Shown here piece by piece: positions 41,301 to 50,891 of a stretch of DNA of 64,000 nt. Position 1 is the first letter of the stretch. Every line of letters begins with the position of its first letter. The DNA is from a virus. The translations under genes and the position numbers were made by a program. Location: positions 10,982-74,981 of IMG/VR virus record IMGVR_UViG_3300047550_002723; one strand, 5' to 3'. The notes beneath the pieces are model-generated. The model searched no databases and was not told the origin of the DNA. It saw only the letters and a program-made list of their open reading frames with translations.

Positions 41301-42962
41301 TTTGCTACTGCTGCTTATGAATTTAGTGAAAGGTTGATAGTAAGTGGTGATGGAAAAACTATTATTGTTGGTGCCCCCACTGATGAACGATCTGGTACTA
41401 CAGGAAATGGTCTTGTATATGTCTTTGATCGTATAGGAAACTCATTTAGGCAATCTAATGTTTTAAGTGGTTCTCTTGCAGTTAATATAGGTGATAGATT
41501 TGGAGAATCGGTGGCAACAAGTTATGATGGTAAAACTATCATTGTTGGTGCTCGTGATGATGAGCAAACAGGTTCTGGTAGTGCTTCTGGTGTCGTCTAT
41601 GTCTTTGATCGTGTAGGTTTAGGAACATCATTTAATCAAGTTGGCATTCTAACTGGATCTTTTGCTTCTAATGCTAATGATTATTTTGGATCTTCAGTAG
41701 CAACAAGTGTCGATGGCAAAACTATTATTGTTGGTGCTGAATTAGATGAAACTGGTGCTACAACTAGTGTGGGAGTTGTTTATGTTTTTGATCGTGTAGG
41801 AAACTCATTCAATCAAGTTGGTATTTTAACTGGATCTCGTTCTAATTTTGTTGGTCGATTTGGGTATTCGGTAGCAACAAGTGCCGATGGTAAAACTATT
41901 GCTTCTTATGCTCCTTCAGATAATCTTGTCTATATTCATAAAAGAGAAGGGAATTCATTTACTGAGGTGGGAATTGTAAGTTATACGGGCAATTCCATAG
42001 AACAGCAGAAAATATCACTCACTGCTGATGGGAAAACTCTTATTCTATCTAATGAACAAGGAATTTATGTCTACGATCAAGTTCAAAATACTTATCTTTA
42101 TTCTGGATCAACTGGTAATATAGGTATAGGAACGTCAAATCCAACATCAAAACTTCATGTTCAAGGTGATGTATTATTTACCGGAATCACAACAACATCA
42201 AGATTCAATGTAGGAACTGGTGGAACAGTCATCACCACAACTGCTTCTGGTTTGGTTGGAATAGGAACCACATCACCATTATCAAAACTTCATGTTCTTG
42301 GCAATACTTATCTTGATGGAACTTTAGATATAACTGGTGATGTCCAATCTGTTGGAAATATAAATGTATCAGACACTAAAACTTTATCATTCATTGGTGG
42401 GTCATCGGTTTTCAGCAATCCACACATAACAATTGCTGCTTTAAATTCTTCTGCAAATCTTTATGAACTTTATGCTTATGACCAGACTTCTGGAACAGAT
42501 TATGTTTTTGAAATTATAAAAATTGCTACAGATCGTCAGTTTATACTTGGTAATAATCGTGAATTTGTCGTTGCAGGTGGATCTCCATCAGGATATCCTG
42601 CTGATTCTTCTCAATATGCTTTTAAAGTTAAAATAGGTGCAGAAACTTCTTTATATCATAATCAATCCGAAAAACTAACTACAACTGGATATGGTGTAAC
42701 TGTAACAGGTGGATTAAGTGTTTCTGGAGTTACAACAACATCGACACTTAATGTAGGAACTGGTGGAACAGTCATCACCACAACTACTGCTGGTTTAGTT
42801 GGTATTGGAACCACAAATCCAACATCAAAACTTCATGTAATTGGAGATGCTAGAGTTGGTATTAATACATCTCAAGGTGTAATTCTTACATCTGAAAATG
42901 GAACCAAATATCGTTTAATTGTAAGTGATGCTGGTGTATTGAGCACTGTTTTGGTCACTTAA
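38349..42962 (+). CDS. Tail fibre/adhesin with FG-GAP-like propeller (1537 aa)
   Basis: DFRVKNGL N-terminus, shared fibre module, repeated FGxSVATSADGKTIIVGA...GxVYVFDR. Confidence 0.8.
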   Translation: MTNQDFRVKNGLQVGVGGTVFTADIGGKVGINSTFPTATLDIQGTVKSSGTITAPTFAGTATTANNLSNAANITTGTISADRLSGNYNISISGSVAGDTISISTASVSNNLNVGSGNTGVFATGGGNLRVSGITTLGVTSTTNLTTQQLNVSGITTLGVTSTTNLTTQQLNVSGVSTFTGAVTGTISTATKLENSRTFEITGDVVASPVSFDGTGNVSLAATIQPNSVALGSDTTGDYVQSISGTSNQITVTGGTGESSTPTLSVPNQFTAPQDVTVIRDLQVNRNLNVNGNITIGGTAATLFTTELKVADPDLVLGFRTDGSGNDVSNDTTANHGGIAVASTEGNPLVQLFIAGIETTPSTYKKIMWFKAGEFAGLNTDAWLSNYAVGIGSTQFPTGTRLAAGSVQFTENDLAVVRNINASGIITGTLANTLTLNTSGTGLSGSATYNNSGATTFTVTSNATSNNTSSTIVARDASGNFSAGTITASLTGTASTASFATTSYNLTDAANITTGTINSARLTGTYNIDINGFASTSGVSTSVSGGTGSLTQLSVSGVTTTSILNVGTGGTVITTTATGLVGIGTTRPTSTLDVRGEISIGKVNNSIYGINPSAVISAESTTNNNIIYFTAAEASDGSPATGNRLSIGINTTSNYSGSGAAPDLFFVGEDNIITGNSSPKIKIANPNYLNDDFYSLEAVYSGAGGINPPYGYIRNELYDATYSIALNDSFAFSVGDRVSISGTRASNFNSGNEAFVVLLDGSTSLFHSKSKKFETSGVGVTVYGNLNVGTGGTVITTTATGLVGIGTTNPIGTLEVVGSVVADGFDIRNLPRTQLVSYASASDISNSALSITGVSTYTLVGSFSTTYEYSYSGPAISADGGTIIVGDFSASSLGVEGAVYVYDRVGAGSSIVQVGILTNGISVGGGTPAAFGNSVATSADGKTIAVGAIGDELSGTGNYGLVYVFDRVGVGSLSTFNRVGILTGSFATAAYEFSERLIVSGDGKTIIVGAPTDERSGTTGNGLVYVFDRIGNSFRQSNVLSGSLAVNIGDRFGESVATSYDGKTIIVGARDDEQTGSGSASGVVYVFDRVGLGTSFNQVGILTGSFASNANDYFGSSVATSVDGKTIIVGAELDETGATTSVGVVYVFDRVGNSFNQVGILTGSRSNFVGRFGYSVATSADGKTIASYAPSDNLVYIHKREGNSFTEVGIVSYTGNSIEQQKISLTADGKTLILSNEQGIYVYDQVQNTYLYSGSTGNIGIGTSNPTSKLHVQGDVLFTGITTTSRFNVGTGGTVITTTASGLVGIGTTSPLSKLHVLGNTYLDGTLDITGDVQSVGNINVSDTKTLSFIGGSSVFSNPHITIAALNSSANLYELYAYDQTSGTDYVFEIIKIATDRQFILGNNREFVVAGGSPSGYPADSSQYAFKVKIGAETSLYHNQSEKLTTTGYGVTVTGGLSVSGVTTTSTLNVGTGGTVITTTTAGLVGIGTTNPTSKLHVIGDARVGINTSQGVILTSENGTKYRLIVSDAGVLSTVLVT
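38736..38869 (+). repeat. Exact 63-nt tandem duplication (21 aa)
   Basis: VSGITTLGVTSTTNLTTQQLN twice with identical DNA. Confidence 0.9.
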
Positions 42963-42990
42963 TAAATACTTATAAAGGTAAAAATATAAA

Positions 42991-45900
42991 ATGTCTAATA
43001 ATAGAGAGTTCTCTCAATTAGCATCTAATATACAAGTAAATGAAAATTCCAACTTTATTGGAATTGCTACTGAGGGAAATTACTCTGTTGGTATTGCAAC
43101 AAGTTCGTTTAAAGTTAATTCCAGTGGACTTGTTGAAATAAAATCAATACAATGTTCTGATAACATTAGTCTTTCAGTTGGGGGAATATCAACTTTAGGA
43201 ACTGTTAAGATTTCATCAGGTATTGTAACTGCAACTTCTGGAGTTGTAACTTATTATGGTGATGGATCTAAATTATCTAATATTATTTCAGGCATTGCAG
43301 TTCAAGATCAAGGTAGCACAGTAGGAACATCAGTTACTACTCTCAATTTTTCTGGTGCTACGGTATCAGTTTCAAATGCTGTTAATGGTATTTCGACAAT
43401 AACAGTTACTGCAAGTGGTATTATAACTTATGTTGATAATGCTGGTATTGCAACTTATGCAACTAATGCTGGACTATCAACCAATCTTAAAGGCGGTCTT
43501 GCTGGTAACATTCCATATCAGTCTGCACCAGATACAACAACATTCCTAGCAAATGGTTCTTCTGGAACTATTCTCCAATCAAATGGTGTTGGTAACGCAC
43601 CTTCTTGGGTTACTGCTGCCCCTGCTGGTGCTATTACTGGACTAACTATTAGAGATGAGGGGACTATAGTTGGTGGTGCTAACAGTGTATCACAATTAAA
43701 CTTTGTTGGAAATATCGTTTCTGTTGCTTCGACTGCTGGTATAGCAACTGTTACATTTTTAGATTATGTTGCAAATGCTGGTGTTGCTACTTATGCAACT
43801 TCTAGTGGTATAGCAACTTATGCATCATCAGCAGGTATATCAACTTATGCAACATCAGCAGGTATATCGACTTATGCTTCAACAGCAGGAGTAGCAACTG
43901 CACTGCAAAACTCTAGAACATTTGAAATTACTGGTGATATTGTAGCGTCTCCTATTAGTTTTGATGGAACTGGAAATGTATCATTAGCAGCAACAATTCA
44001 ACCTAATAGTGTTGCTCTTGGTACAGATACGACAGGTGATTATGTTCAGTCAATTACTGGAACTGCAAACCAGATTACGGTTACTGGTGGAACTGGAGAA
44101 AGTTCAACACCAACTCTAAGTGTTCCAAACCAATTTACTGCTCCTCAAGATGTAACAGTTACTAGAGATCTTCAAGTTAATCGTAACTTAAATGTTAATG
44201 GTAATATTACAATTGGTGGCACTTCTGCTACCATTTTCTCACAAACATTAAATATTTACGATCCTGATATTGTTCTTGGTTATAGAACTGATGGTAATGG
44301 TAATGATATTTCTAATGATAATACTGCCAATCACGGTGGTGTTGCAATTGCATCAACAGAAGGAACCCCATTAGTCCAACTCTTCATCGCTGGTATTGAA
44401 ACAAATCCTGCCACATATAAGAAAATTATGTGGTTTAAAGCAGGTGAGTTTGCCGGACTTGGAACTGATGCCTGGTTGAGTAATTATGCCGTAGGTATTG
44501 GTTCAACACAATTCCCAACAGGAACTCGTCTTGCTGCTGGAAATGTTCAATTCACTGAGAATGATCTAGCAGTTGTTAGAAATGTTAATGCTTCTGGTAT
44601 CACAACAACCAGTAACCTGAATGTAACTGGTGTAGGAACCTTCTTATCATCAGGACTCAAGATAAGAAACCCAGCAAATACTTTCCAATATGATATTACT
44701 GGTGGTGCAATTACTGCTAATAGAACTCTCAACCTACCTGTAATTACTATAACTGATACAGTAGCAGTTCTTAATTTATCTCAAACATTTGGAGCACAAC
44801 AAAATTTTAACGATACAATATCTGCTATAGGGACACTTTCATTAACTGGTTCATCAACAGGAACTCACGTTTTTGGATCTAACCAAACATCAGGAACATT
44901 AACATTTGGTGGAACTTCTGGAACTGGTACAATTACATTAGGAAGAGCAACAACATCACAACAAACTGATATTCAAGCAGGTGCTACTGCTTCTGGAAAT
45001 ATCAAAACAATCAATGTTGGTACTGGTGGTCTTTCTGGTTCCTTTACTCGACTGAATATTGGACCAACTGCAGGTATTGGAACGGTTTCAATTAATACTG
45101 GAACCAATCTTGGTATTGGTTCAGTAACACCAACTTCAAAACTTGATGTAGTCGGTGATGCCAAGTTTACTGGTGTTGTTACTGCAACAAGTTTTAGTGG
45201 TAATGCTTCAAGTGCAACTTATGCTTCAACAGCAGGAGTAGCAACTGCACTCCAAAACGCAAGAACATTTGAAATTACCGGAGATATTGTAGCGTCTCCT
45301 ATTAGTTTTGATGGAACTGGCAATGTTTCATTAGCAGCAACCATTCAACCAAACTCTGTTGCTCTTGGATCTGATACTACTGGAAACTATGTTGCTTCTG
45401 TTACTAATGGTTCTTATATTACTGGTGCTGATGGAGGAAGTGAGGGTGCATCACTTACTATAGGTGTTGCAGCAACATCAGCAAACACTGCTAGTCAAGT
45501 TGTCGCTAGAGATTCGTCAGGAAACTTTAGTGCTGGTACTATTACAGCATCATTAACTGGTACTGCTACCTCTACAACTAATATACCAAACCTTACTGGT
45601 GATATAACTTCTAATGGGACTGCAACTTCAATTGCTTCTGGTGTAATTGTTAATGATGATATCAATGCGTCTGCTGGTATTGTTGATACTAAATTAGCAA
45701 CCATAAGCACTGCTGGTAAAGTGTCTAATAGTGCTACAACTGCGACTGATGCTAATACAGCATCTGCAATTGTTGCTCGTGATGCTTCTGGAAACTTTAG
45801 TGCAGGAACAATTACTGCTAACTTAACCGGAACAGCATCGACAGCATCCTTTGCCACAACTTCTTATAACTTAACCGATGCTGCAAATATTACTACTGGG

Positions 45901-47241
45901 ACTATTAACAGTGCTAGATTAACTGGTACTTATAATATTGATATAAGTGGTAATGCTTCTAGTGCTACTTATGCAACTACAGCAGGAGTATCTACAAGTG
46001 TAAATGGTGGTACTGGATCTCTTACCCAACTTCAAGTTACTGGTATTTCTACATTCACTAATGGACCAGTATTCATTGGAGCAGCAACTTCAACAGGAAC
46101 TGCAGCACAACCACTTCAAGTTACTGGTGGTGCTTATGTCTCTGGTTCGACTGGTATCGGAACCACAAACCCAACAAGTACTCTTACAGTTCAAGGAACG
46201 ACTAGAATTAGTGGTATCACAACTATTCGTGATGTTACAATAGACAAGAGTATCGCATCTCCAAACGCAACTGTACCTGTTGCGATTATCGGTGTCACAA
46301 CATCTGGTATTTCTACAGAGACTAATATTGATATTGTTCTATTGGCAAAAGGTACTGGTGCAACACTGGCGCAGGTGCCGGATGGGACAGCGGCAGGAGG
46401 AAATAAGCGGGGACAGTATGCGACGGATTTGCAGAAAGATCGATCTTCATCATCGAATGTTGCTAGTGGAAATCATTCAGTCATTTGTGGAGGTCAAAAG
46501 AATATTGCATCCGCTAGTATGTCTTCTGTTCTGGGGGGAGGATATAATAATGCAACTGGTACTTATTCTGTTGTTCTTGGTGGTTGGTTTTCCGATGCTA
46601 GTGGAAGTGGTTCTGTAACTGCTGGATGGGATAACACTGCTTCAGGAAGTTATAGTGCTTGTTTTGGATATCAAAACATCTCTAGTGGCACTTATTCTGC
46701 AGTTGGAGGTGGACAGTATAATAATGCAACTGCTGATTATTCCACTATTCCTGGTGGTCGATATGGCACTACACGCAGCATTATTGGTAATATAGTTTTT
46801 CCTGCTTGCGATATACCTATTGCCTCATCTAATGGTGTTACCCAATCCGCTCTGCTCCTCCTAGCCCGCGAAACCACCGACGCCACCGCAACAGTTCTCA
46901 CCAGCAACAGCAGTGCAGCAAGCACCACCAACCAAGTCATCCTGCCGAATAACAGTGCATATTTCTTCAAAGGTTCTTGTATTGCTGGTGTGACTGGTGC
47001 TGGTAATACAAAAGCATGGGAATTCAAAGGGGCAATTAAACGTGGTGCAAATGCTGCATCAACATCTATTGTTGGTTCAGTCATTAAAGATGTGATTGCT
47101 TCTGATGCAGGGGCATCAACTTGGGATATTACAATTACTGCAGATACCACCAATGGCGGAATTAAAGTTGAGGTAACTGGACAAGCATCCACCACTATAA
47201 GATGGGTTTGCAAGATTGAAACAACCGAAATGACCTACTAA
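42991..47241 (+). CDS. Tail fibre protein with C-terminal beta-roll (adhesin head-like) repeats (1416 aa)
   Basis: Shared fibre modules; ASGxxSxxxGGxxN repeats near the C-terminus. Confidence 0.8.
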   Translation: MSNNREFSQLASNIQVNENSNFIGIATEGNYSVGIATSSFKVNSSGLVEIKSIQCSDNISLSVGGISTLGTVKISSGIVTATSGVVTYYGDGSKLSNIISGIAVQDQGSTVGTSVTTLNFSGATVSVSNAVNGISTITVTASGIITYVDNAGIATYATNAGLSTNLKGGLAGNIPYQSAPDTTTFLANGSSGTILQSNGVGNAPSWVTAAPAGAITGLTIRDEGTIVGGANSVSQLNFVGNIVSVASTAGIATVTFLDYVANAGVATYATSSGIATYASSAGISTYATSAGISTYASTAGVATALQNSRTFEITGDIVASPISFDGTGNVSLAATIQPNSVALGTDTTGDYVQSITGTANQITVTGGTGESSTPTLSVPNQFTAPQDVTVTRDLQVNRNLNVNGNITIGGTSATIFSQTLNIYDPDIVLGYRTDGNGNDISNDNTANHGGVAIASTEGTPLVQLFIAGIETNPATYKKIMWFKAGEFAGLGTDAWLSNYAVGIGSTQFPTGTRLAAGNVQFTENDLAVVRNVNASGITTTSNLNVTGVGTFLSSGLKIRNPANTFQYDITGGAITANRTLNLPVITITDTVAVLNLSQTFGAQQNFNDTISAIGTLSLTGSSTGTHVFGSNQTSGTLTFGGTSGTGTITLGRATTSQQTDIQAGATASGNIKTINVGTGGLSGSFTRLNIGPTAGIGTVSINTGTNLGIGSVTPTSKLDVVGDAKFTGVVTATSFSGNASSATYASTAGVATALQNARTFEITGDIVASPISFDGTGNVSLAATIQPNSVALGSDTTGNYVASVTNGSYITGADGGSEGASLTIGVAATSANTASQVVARDSSGNFSAGTITASLTGTATSTTNIPNLTGDITSNGTATSIASGVIVNDDINASAGIVDTKLATISTAGKVSNSATTATDANTASAIVARDASGNFSAGTITANLTGTASTASFATTSYNLTDAANITTGTINSARLTGTYNIDISGNASSATYATTAGVSTSVNGGTGSLTQLQVTGISTFTNGPVFIGAATSTGTAAQPLQVTGGAYVSGSTGIGTTNPTSTLTVQGTTRISGITTIRDVTIDKSIASPNATVPVAIIGVTTSGISTETNIDIVLLAKGTGATLAQVPDGTAAGGNKRGQYATDLQKDRSSSSNVASGNHSVICGGQKNIASASMSSVLGGGYNNATGTYSVVLGGWFSDASGSGSVTAGWDNTASGSYSACFGYQNISSGTYSAVGGGQYNNATADYSTIPGGRYGTTRSIIGNIVFPACDIPIASSNGVTQSALLLLARETTDATATVLTSNSSAASTTNQVILPNNSAYFFKGSCIAGVTGAGNTKAWEFKGAIKRGANAASTSIVGSVIKDVIASDAGASTWDITITADTTNGGIKVEVTGQASTTIRWVCKIETTEMTY

Positions 47242-47257
47242 TTAAAGGAGATTAAAA

Positions 47258-47533
47258 ATGGCATTACAAACATCACTTACAGAAACAAACATTGGTATTC
47301 CCCTGAATGATACTTATGCTCGTATTACCTTGATGAATGGTAATAAGGAAAGGTTTGTTGTTCAGGTTTCTCATTATGCGACTGCTGATGCTAGAAACAA
47401 TAATGCATCACCAGTTTATGATAGAACTTTTATGATTCCTTTTGCAGAATTACAACCTGCATCGGACCCGTTAGCAATGGGATATAACTGGTTAAAAACA
47501 CAACCAGAATATTCTGATGCAATTGACTGCTAA
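47258..47533 (+). CDS. Small protein, probable tail-fibre partner/chaperone
   Basis: MALQ...YARI...YNWLKTQPEYSDAIDC; directly after a fibre gene. Confidence 0.55.
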   Translation: MALQTSLTETNIGIPLNDTYARITLMNGNKERFVVQVSHYATADARNNNASPVYDRTFMIPFAELQPASDPLAMGYNWLKTQPEYSDAIDC

Positions 47534-47567
47534 TTCAATAAATATCTAAAACGGAGATACTACTTCA

Positions 47568-48185
47568 ATGGCTGTTAATATTAATCATTATACAGATAAC
47601 ATTGTATCTTCTGGATCTACTGTAATTGTTAATAATTTTAGAATTACTTCAATTGGTTCTGGGGCAACAGTTGGTAATGCGGGAATAACGACTTATTATG
47701 GTGATGGTTCTCAACTATCAGGTATTTCTGCTGGTTTATCAATAACAGATGATATTTCAACAAACGCAACCAGATATGTTTTATTTGATGATGCAACTTC
47801 AGGAACAATCACTGGAGCAAATGTATCATCTACAAAACTTACATTTAATCCATCGACAGGAAACTTAGTTGCTGGTGGTACGGTCACAGCAAACTCTGAC
47901 GAAAAACTGAAGACAAATATTAAAACTATAGATAATGCACTGGATAAGGTTTTGTCTTTGAGAGGTGTAGAGTTTGATCGTATAGATACTGGAGATCATC
48001 AAATCGGTGTGATTGCACAAGAGGTTGAAAAAATTGTTCCTGATGTTGTTTATCCAAAACAACCAGCACCTGATTATGAAACTAAATCAGTTGCTTATGC
48101 GAATTTAGTAGGTCTCTTAATTGAAGCAATCAAAGAACAAAACAAAGAAATACAAGAACTGAAGAGAAGACTGGAGGAAGGTTGA
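47568..48185 (+). CDS. Short fibre protein with C-terminal Peptidase S74 intramolecular chaperone
   Basis: SDEKLKTNI...LRGVEF...GVIAQEVEKIVPDVV...LIEAIKEQ coiled coil. Confidence 0.85.
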   Translation: MAVNINHYTDNIVSSGSTVIVNNFRITSIGSGATVGNAGITTYYGDGSQLSGISAGLSITDDISTNATRYVLFDDATSGTITGANVSSTKLTFNPSTGNLVAGGTVTANSDEKLKTNIKTIDNALDKVLSLRGVEFDRIDTGDHQIGVIAQEVEKIVPDVVYPKQPAPDYETKSVAYANLVGLLIEAIKEQNKEIQELKRRLEEG

Positions 48186-48186
48186 T

Positions 48187-50877
48187 ATGCCAGTTGTTGT
48201 AGGTCTAAGTTCAATCACTGGAGTTTCCACGGCAACAAGTGGCACTGATGCTGCTTACAAAGAGTATGTTGATAATAAACTAGGTGGATCAGTTCCAAGC
48301 ATTTATGGAAATGAGAATGAGTTTCTCTTTACGGATGGAAGTACAATATCGTGGGAACCAATACAGGCAAGTCAAGAATATGCTACGGCAGGGTCTTATA
48401 CTTTTAATTTACCGTCACAAGCAAAAGAGTTACTGATAGAAGCAACAGGTGCAGGTGGTGGAGGAGCAAGTGGAAATACTGATGGAAGTTCTTATGAAGC
48501 AGCAAGCATTTGGACTTTAAGAACTTCTGGTACTACTAGTACTCTTAATACTCTTACTTTTGCAAACAATACTTATGTTGCTGGTGGTGCTTCTGGGAGA
48601 TTAAACACATCAACAGATGCAATCACTTGGACTTTAAGAACTTCTGGTACTACCTCTGCTATTATTGATATCATTTATGAAAATGGCACCTATATTGTTT
48701 CTGGTAATTCTGGTGTTCTTAATACTTCAACTAATGCAATTCAATGGACATTAAGAACTTCTGGTACTACTAATCCAATTTGGTCCCTTGCATATGGATC
48801 CACTTTAGCAACACCAACTTATATTGCTACAGGACAGATTGGTTATTTGGCATCATCCACGGATGCGATAACTTGGACTCTTAGGACTAATGGATCTGGA
48901 GTTGGACTTTTTATATTATCTTCTATTTTTGTAAACAATATTTATGTTATTGGGATTGAAAATGGAAAATTAAATACATCTACTGATGCAATTGTTTGGA
49001 CATCTAGAACTACAGGACTTCCAACTTCTTCCACTAATTTGTATTATGTAAATTTTGGGAATGGTATTTATATTGCTGCTGGGCAAGGGGGATTTGTAAT
49101 TACATCTACTAATGCAATTGAATGGACACTGAGAACTTCTGGAACTACTACATCACTTGGAGAAGTTGGTCCCAATAATGGAATTTTATATGATAACACT
49201 AATTACATTATTGCAGGCAACTCTGGTGTTTTAATAGCATCAACAGACACGATCACCTGGACTTTCAGAACTTCTGGTACTGGTAGTGCTCTTTATGCTC
49301 TTACTTACGCAAACAATACTTATGTTGCGGGAGGAACATCAGGAACTCTCACAGTATCACCAAACACCACAACAGGATTCTCAGGTGGTGGAGGTGGTGG
49401 GGGTGCATCAGCATCATGGATAATTTCTAAGGACCAAATCACAGGGTCTTCATTATCTATAAGTGTCGGTGCTGGTGGAACTGCTGGAACTGCTGGTGCT
49501 GGAACCACAATATCCTGGACTGGACCTGGAGGAACTTATAGTATAACTGCGAATGGTGGAAGTCCTGGAACCAATACTGGACTTGCATTAGGTGGATCTG
49601 GAGGAACAGTACCAGCAACAACCACAAATTATCTTCAAGCATCTGCTGGTGCTGCTGGTGTTGCTGGAAGAGTATCATCAGTTTCTGGATTTTCAGCACC
49701 AACCACAACTGCTTCTTTCCAAACTTCTGGTGGTGGAGGAGGTGCTTATAGTTCTTCTGGTGGTGTGAGTATTGGTGGTGCTGGAGGAACGATTAATTAT
49801 TATGCAAACACTAACGCAAACTCTAGTATTGATATTACTGGAAGAATTGCTCCTAATATTTCTGGATTATCTTATGGTAATGGTGGAGGAGGTGGAGGAG
49901 GTTCAAGTGAGAATGCTCTTTATTGGACTTTAAGAACTACAGGAACGAGCACTCAAACTATTAATACTTTAGTCTATGGAAACAATGTTTATGTGATTGG
50001 TGGTGGTAATGGAATATTAAGTTCATCAACAGACGCAATTAATTGGACTGCAAGAACTGCTTTAACAGGTTCAGCAGAAGTGAAAAGTTTAATTTATGGG
50101 AATGATCTTTATGTTTATGGTGACGTTGGAGGAAAACTAGTAGTTTCAACAGATGCAATTATTTGGATTTTAAGAACTTCTGGTTATGGTGTTACTGACA
50201 TACAAAAATTATTATTCGCAAATAATTTATATCTTTCTGGAGGTAGTTCGAGAAAACTATTTACTTCAACAGATACGATTGTTTGGATTGCAAGAACTAC
50301 TCCTTTTCCAGTTGGGGAGGGAACTTTAAGTCTTGGTTATGGAAATAATTTTTATCTTAGTGGAAGTAATACTGCACTTGTAGTATCCACAGATTCAATT
50401 ATATGGGTTCTAAGAACTACTGGGCAATCTCAAAATTGTTTAGATATTCTCTTTGATGGAAGCATTTACATACTTGGATGTTCTAATGGAAGATTATTAA
50501 CTTCAACAGATACAATCACCTGGATTGCTAGAACTGCAACTACTCAAACTATTAATGCGTTAAATTATGGAAATAATCTCTATGTCCTTGCTGGTGCTGT
50601 TGGAACATTAAACACTTCAACAGATGCAATTACTTGGATATTAAGAACTTCGTCTACTTCTAATCAACTTTATGATCTTACTTATGTGAATAATTTTTAT
50701 ACTTATGTGGGAGCAGGAGGAGCAATAGGAACCTCACCAATCGCAGGACTAGTAGGTAATGGGGGCAACGGAATCAAAGGTGGTGGAGGTGGTGGTGGAG
50801 GATATGAAGCAACCACAGACACTGCAGGAACTGGTGGAACTGGTGGTGATGGTTATGTTCGTATCAGTTGGTACTAA
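48187..50877 (+). CDS. Glycine-rich adhesin-like protein with two 7-repeat (Asp-box/BNR-like) propellers
   Basis: 14 STDAITWTLRTSG-type repeats; ends GGDGYVRISWY. Confidence 0.75.
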   Translation: MPVVVGLSSITGVSTATSGTDAAYKEYVDNKLGGSVPSIYGNENEFLFTDGSTISWEPIQASQEYATAGSYTFNLPSQAKELLIEATGAGGGGASGNTDGSSYEAASIWTLRTSGTTSTLNTLTFANNTYVAGGASGRLNTSTDAITWTLRTSGTTSAIIDIIYENGTYIVSGNSGVLNTSTNAIQWTLRTSGTTNPIWSLAYGSTLATPTYIATGQIGYLASSTDAITWTLRTNGSGVGLFILSSIFVNNIYVIGIENGKLNTSTDAIVWTSRTTGLPTSSTNLYYVNFGNGIYIAAGQGGFVITSTNAIEWTLRTSGTTTSLGEVGPNNGILYDNTNYIIAGNSGVLIASTDTITWTFRTSGTGSALYALTYANNTYVAGGTSGTLTVSPNTTTGFSGGGGGGGASASWIISKDQITGSSLSISVGAGGTAGTAGAGTTISWTGPGGTYSITANGGSPGTNTGLALGGSGGTVPATTTNYLQASAGAAGVAGRVSSVSGFSAPTTTASFQTSGGGGGAYSSSGGVSIGGAGGTINYYANTNANSSIDITGRIAPNISGLSYGNGGGGGGGSSENALYWTLRTTGTSTQTINTLVYGNNVYVIGGGNGILSSSTDAINWTARTALTGSAEVKSLIYGNDLYVYGDVGGKLVVSTDAIIWILRTSGYGVTDIQKLLFANNLYLSGGSSRKLFTSTDTIVWIARTTPFPVGEGTLSLGYGNNFYLSGSNTALVVSTDSIIWVLRTTGQSQNCLDILFDGSIYILGCSNGRLLTSTDTITWIARTATTQTINALNYGNNLYVLAGAVGTLNTSTDAITWILRTSSTSNQLYDLTYVNNFYTYVGAGGAIGTSPIAGLVGNGGNGIKGGGGGGGGYEATTDTAGTGGTGGDGYVRISWY

Positions 50878-50891
50878 AGGAGGATAACTAA

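Noticed and set aside
34389-49708. Minus-strand ORFs within the tail-fibre genes
   Set aside because: Shadow frames of Ser/Thr/Gly-rich coding sequence with no recognisable motifs
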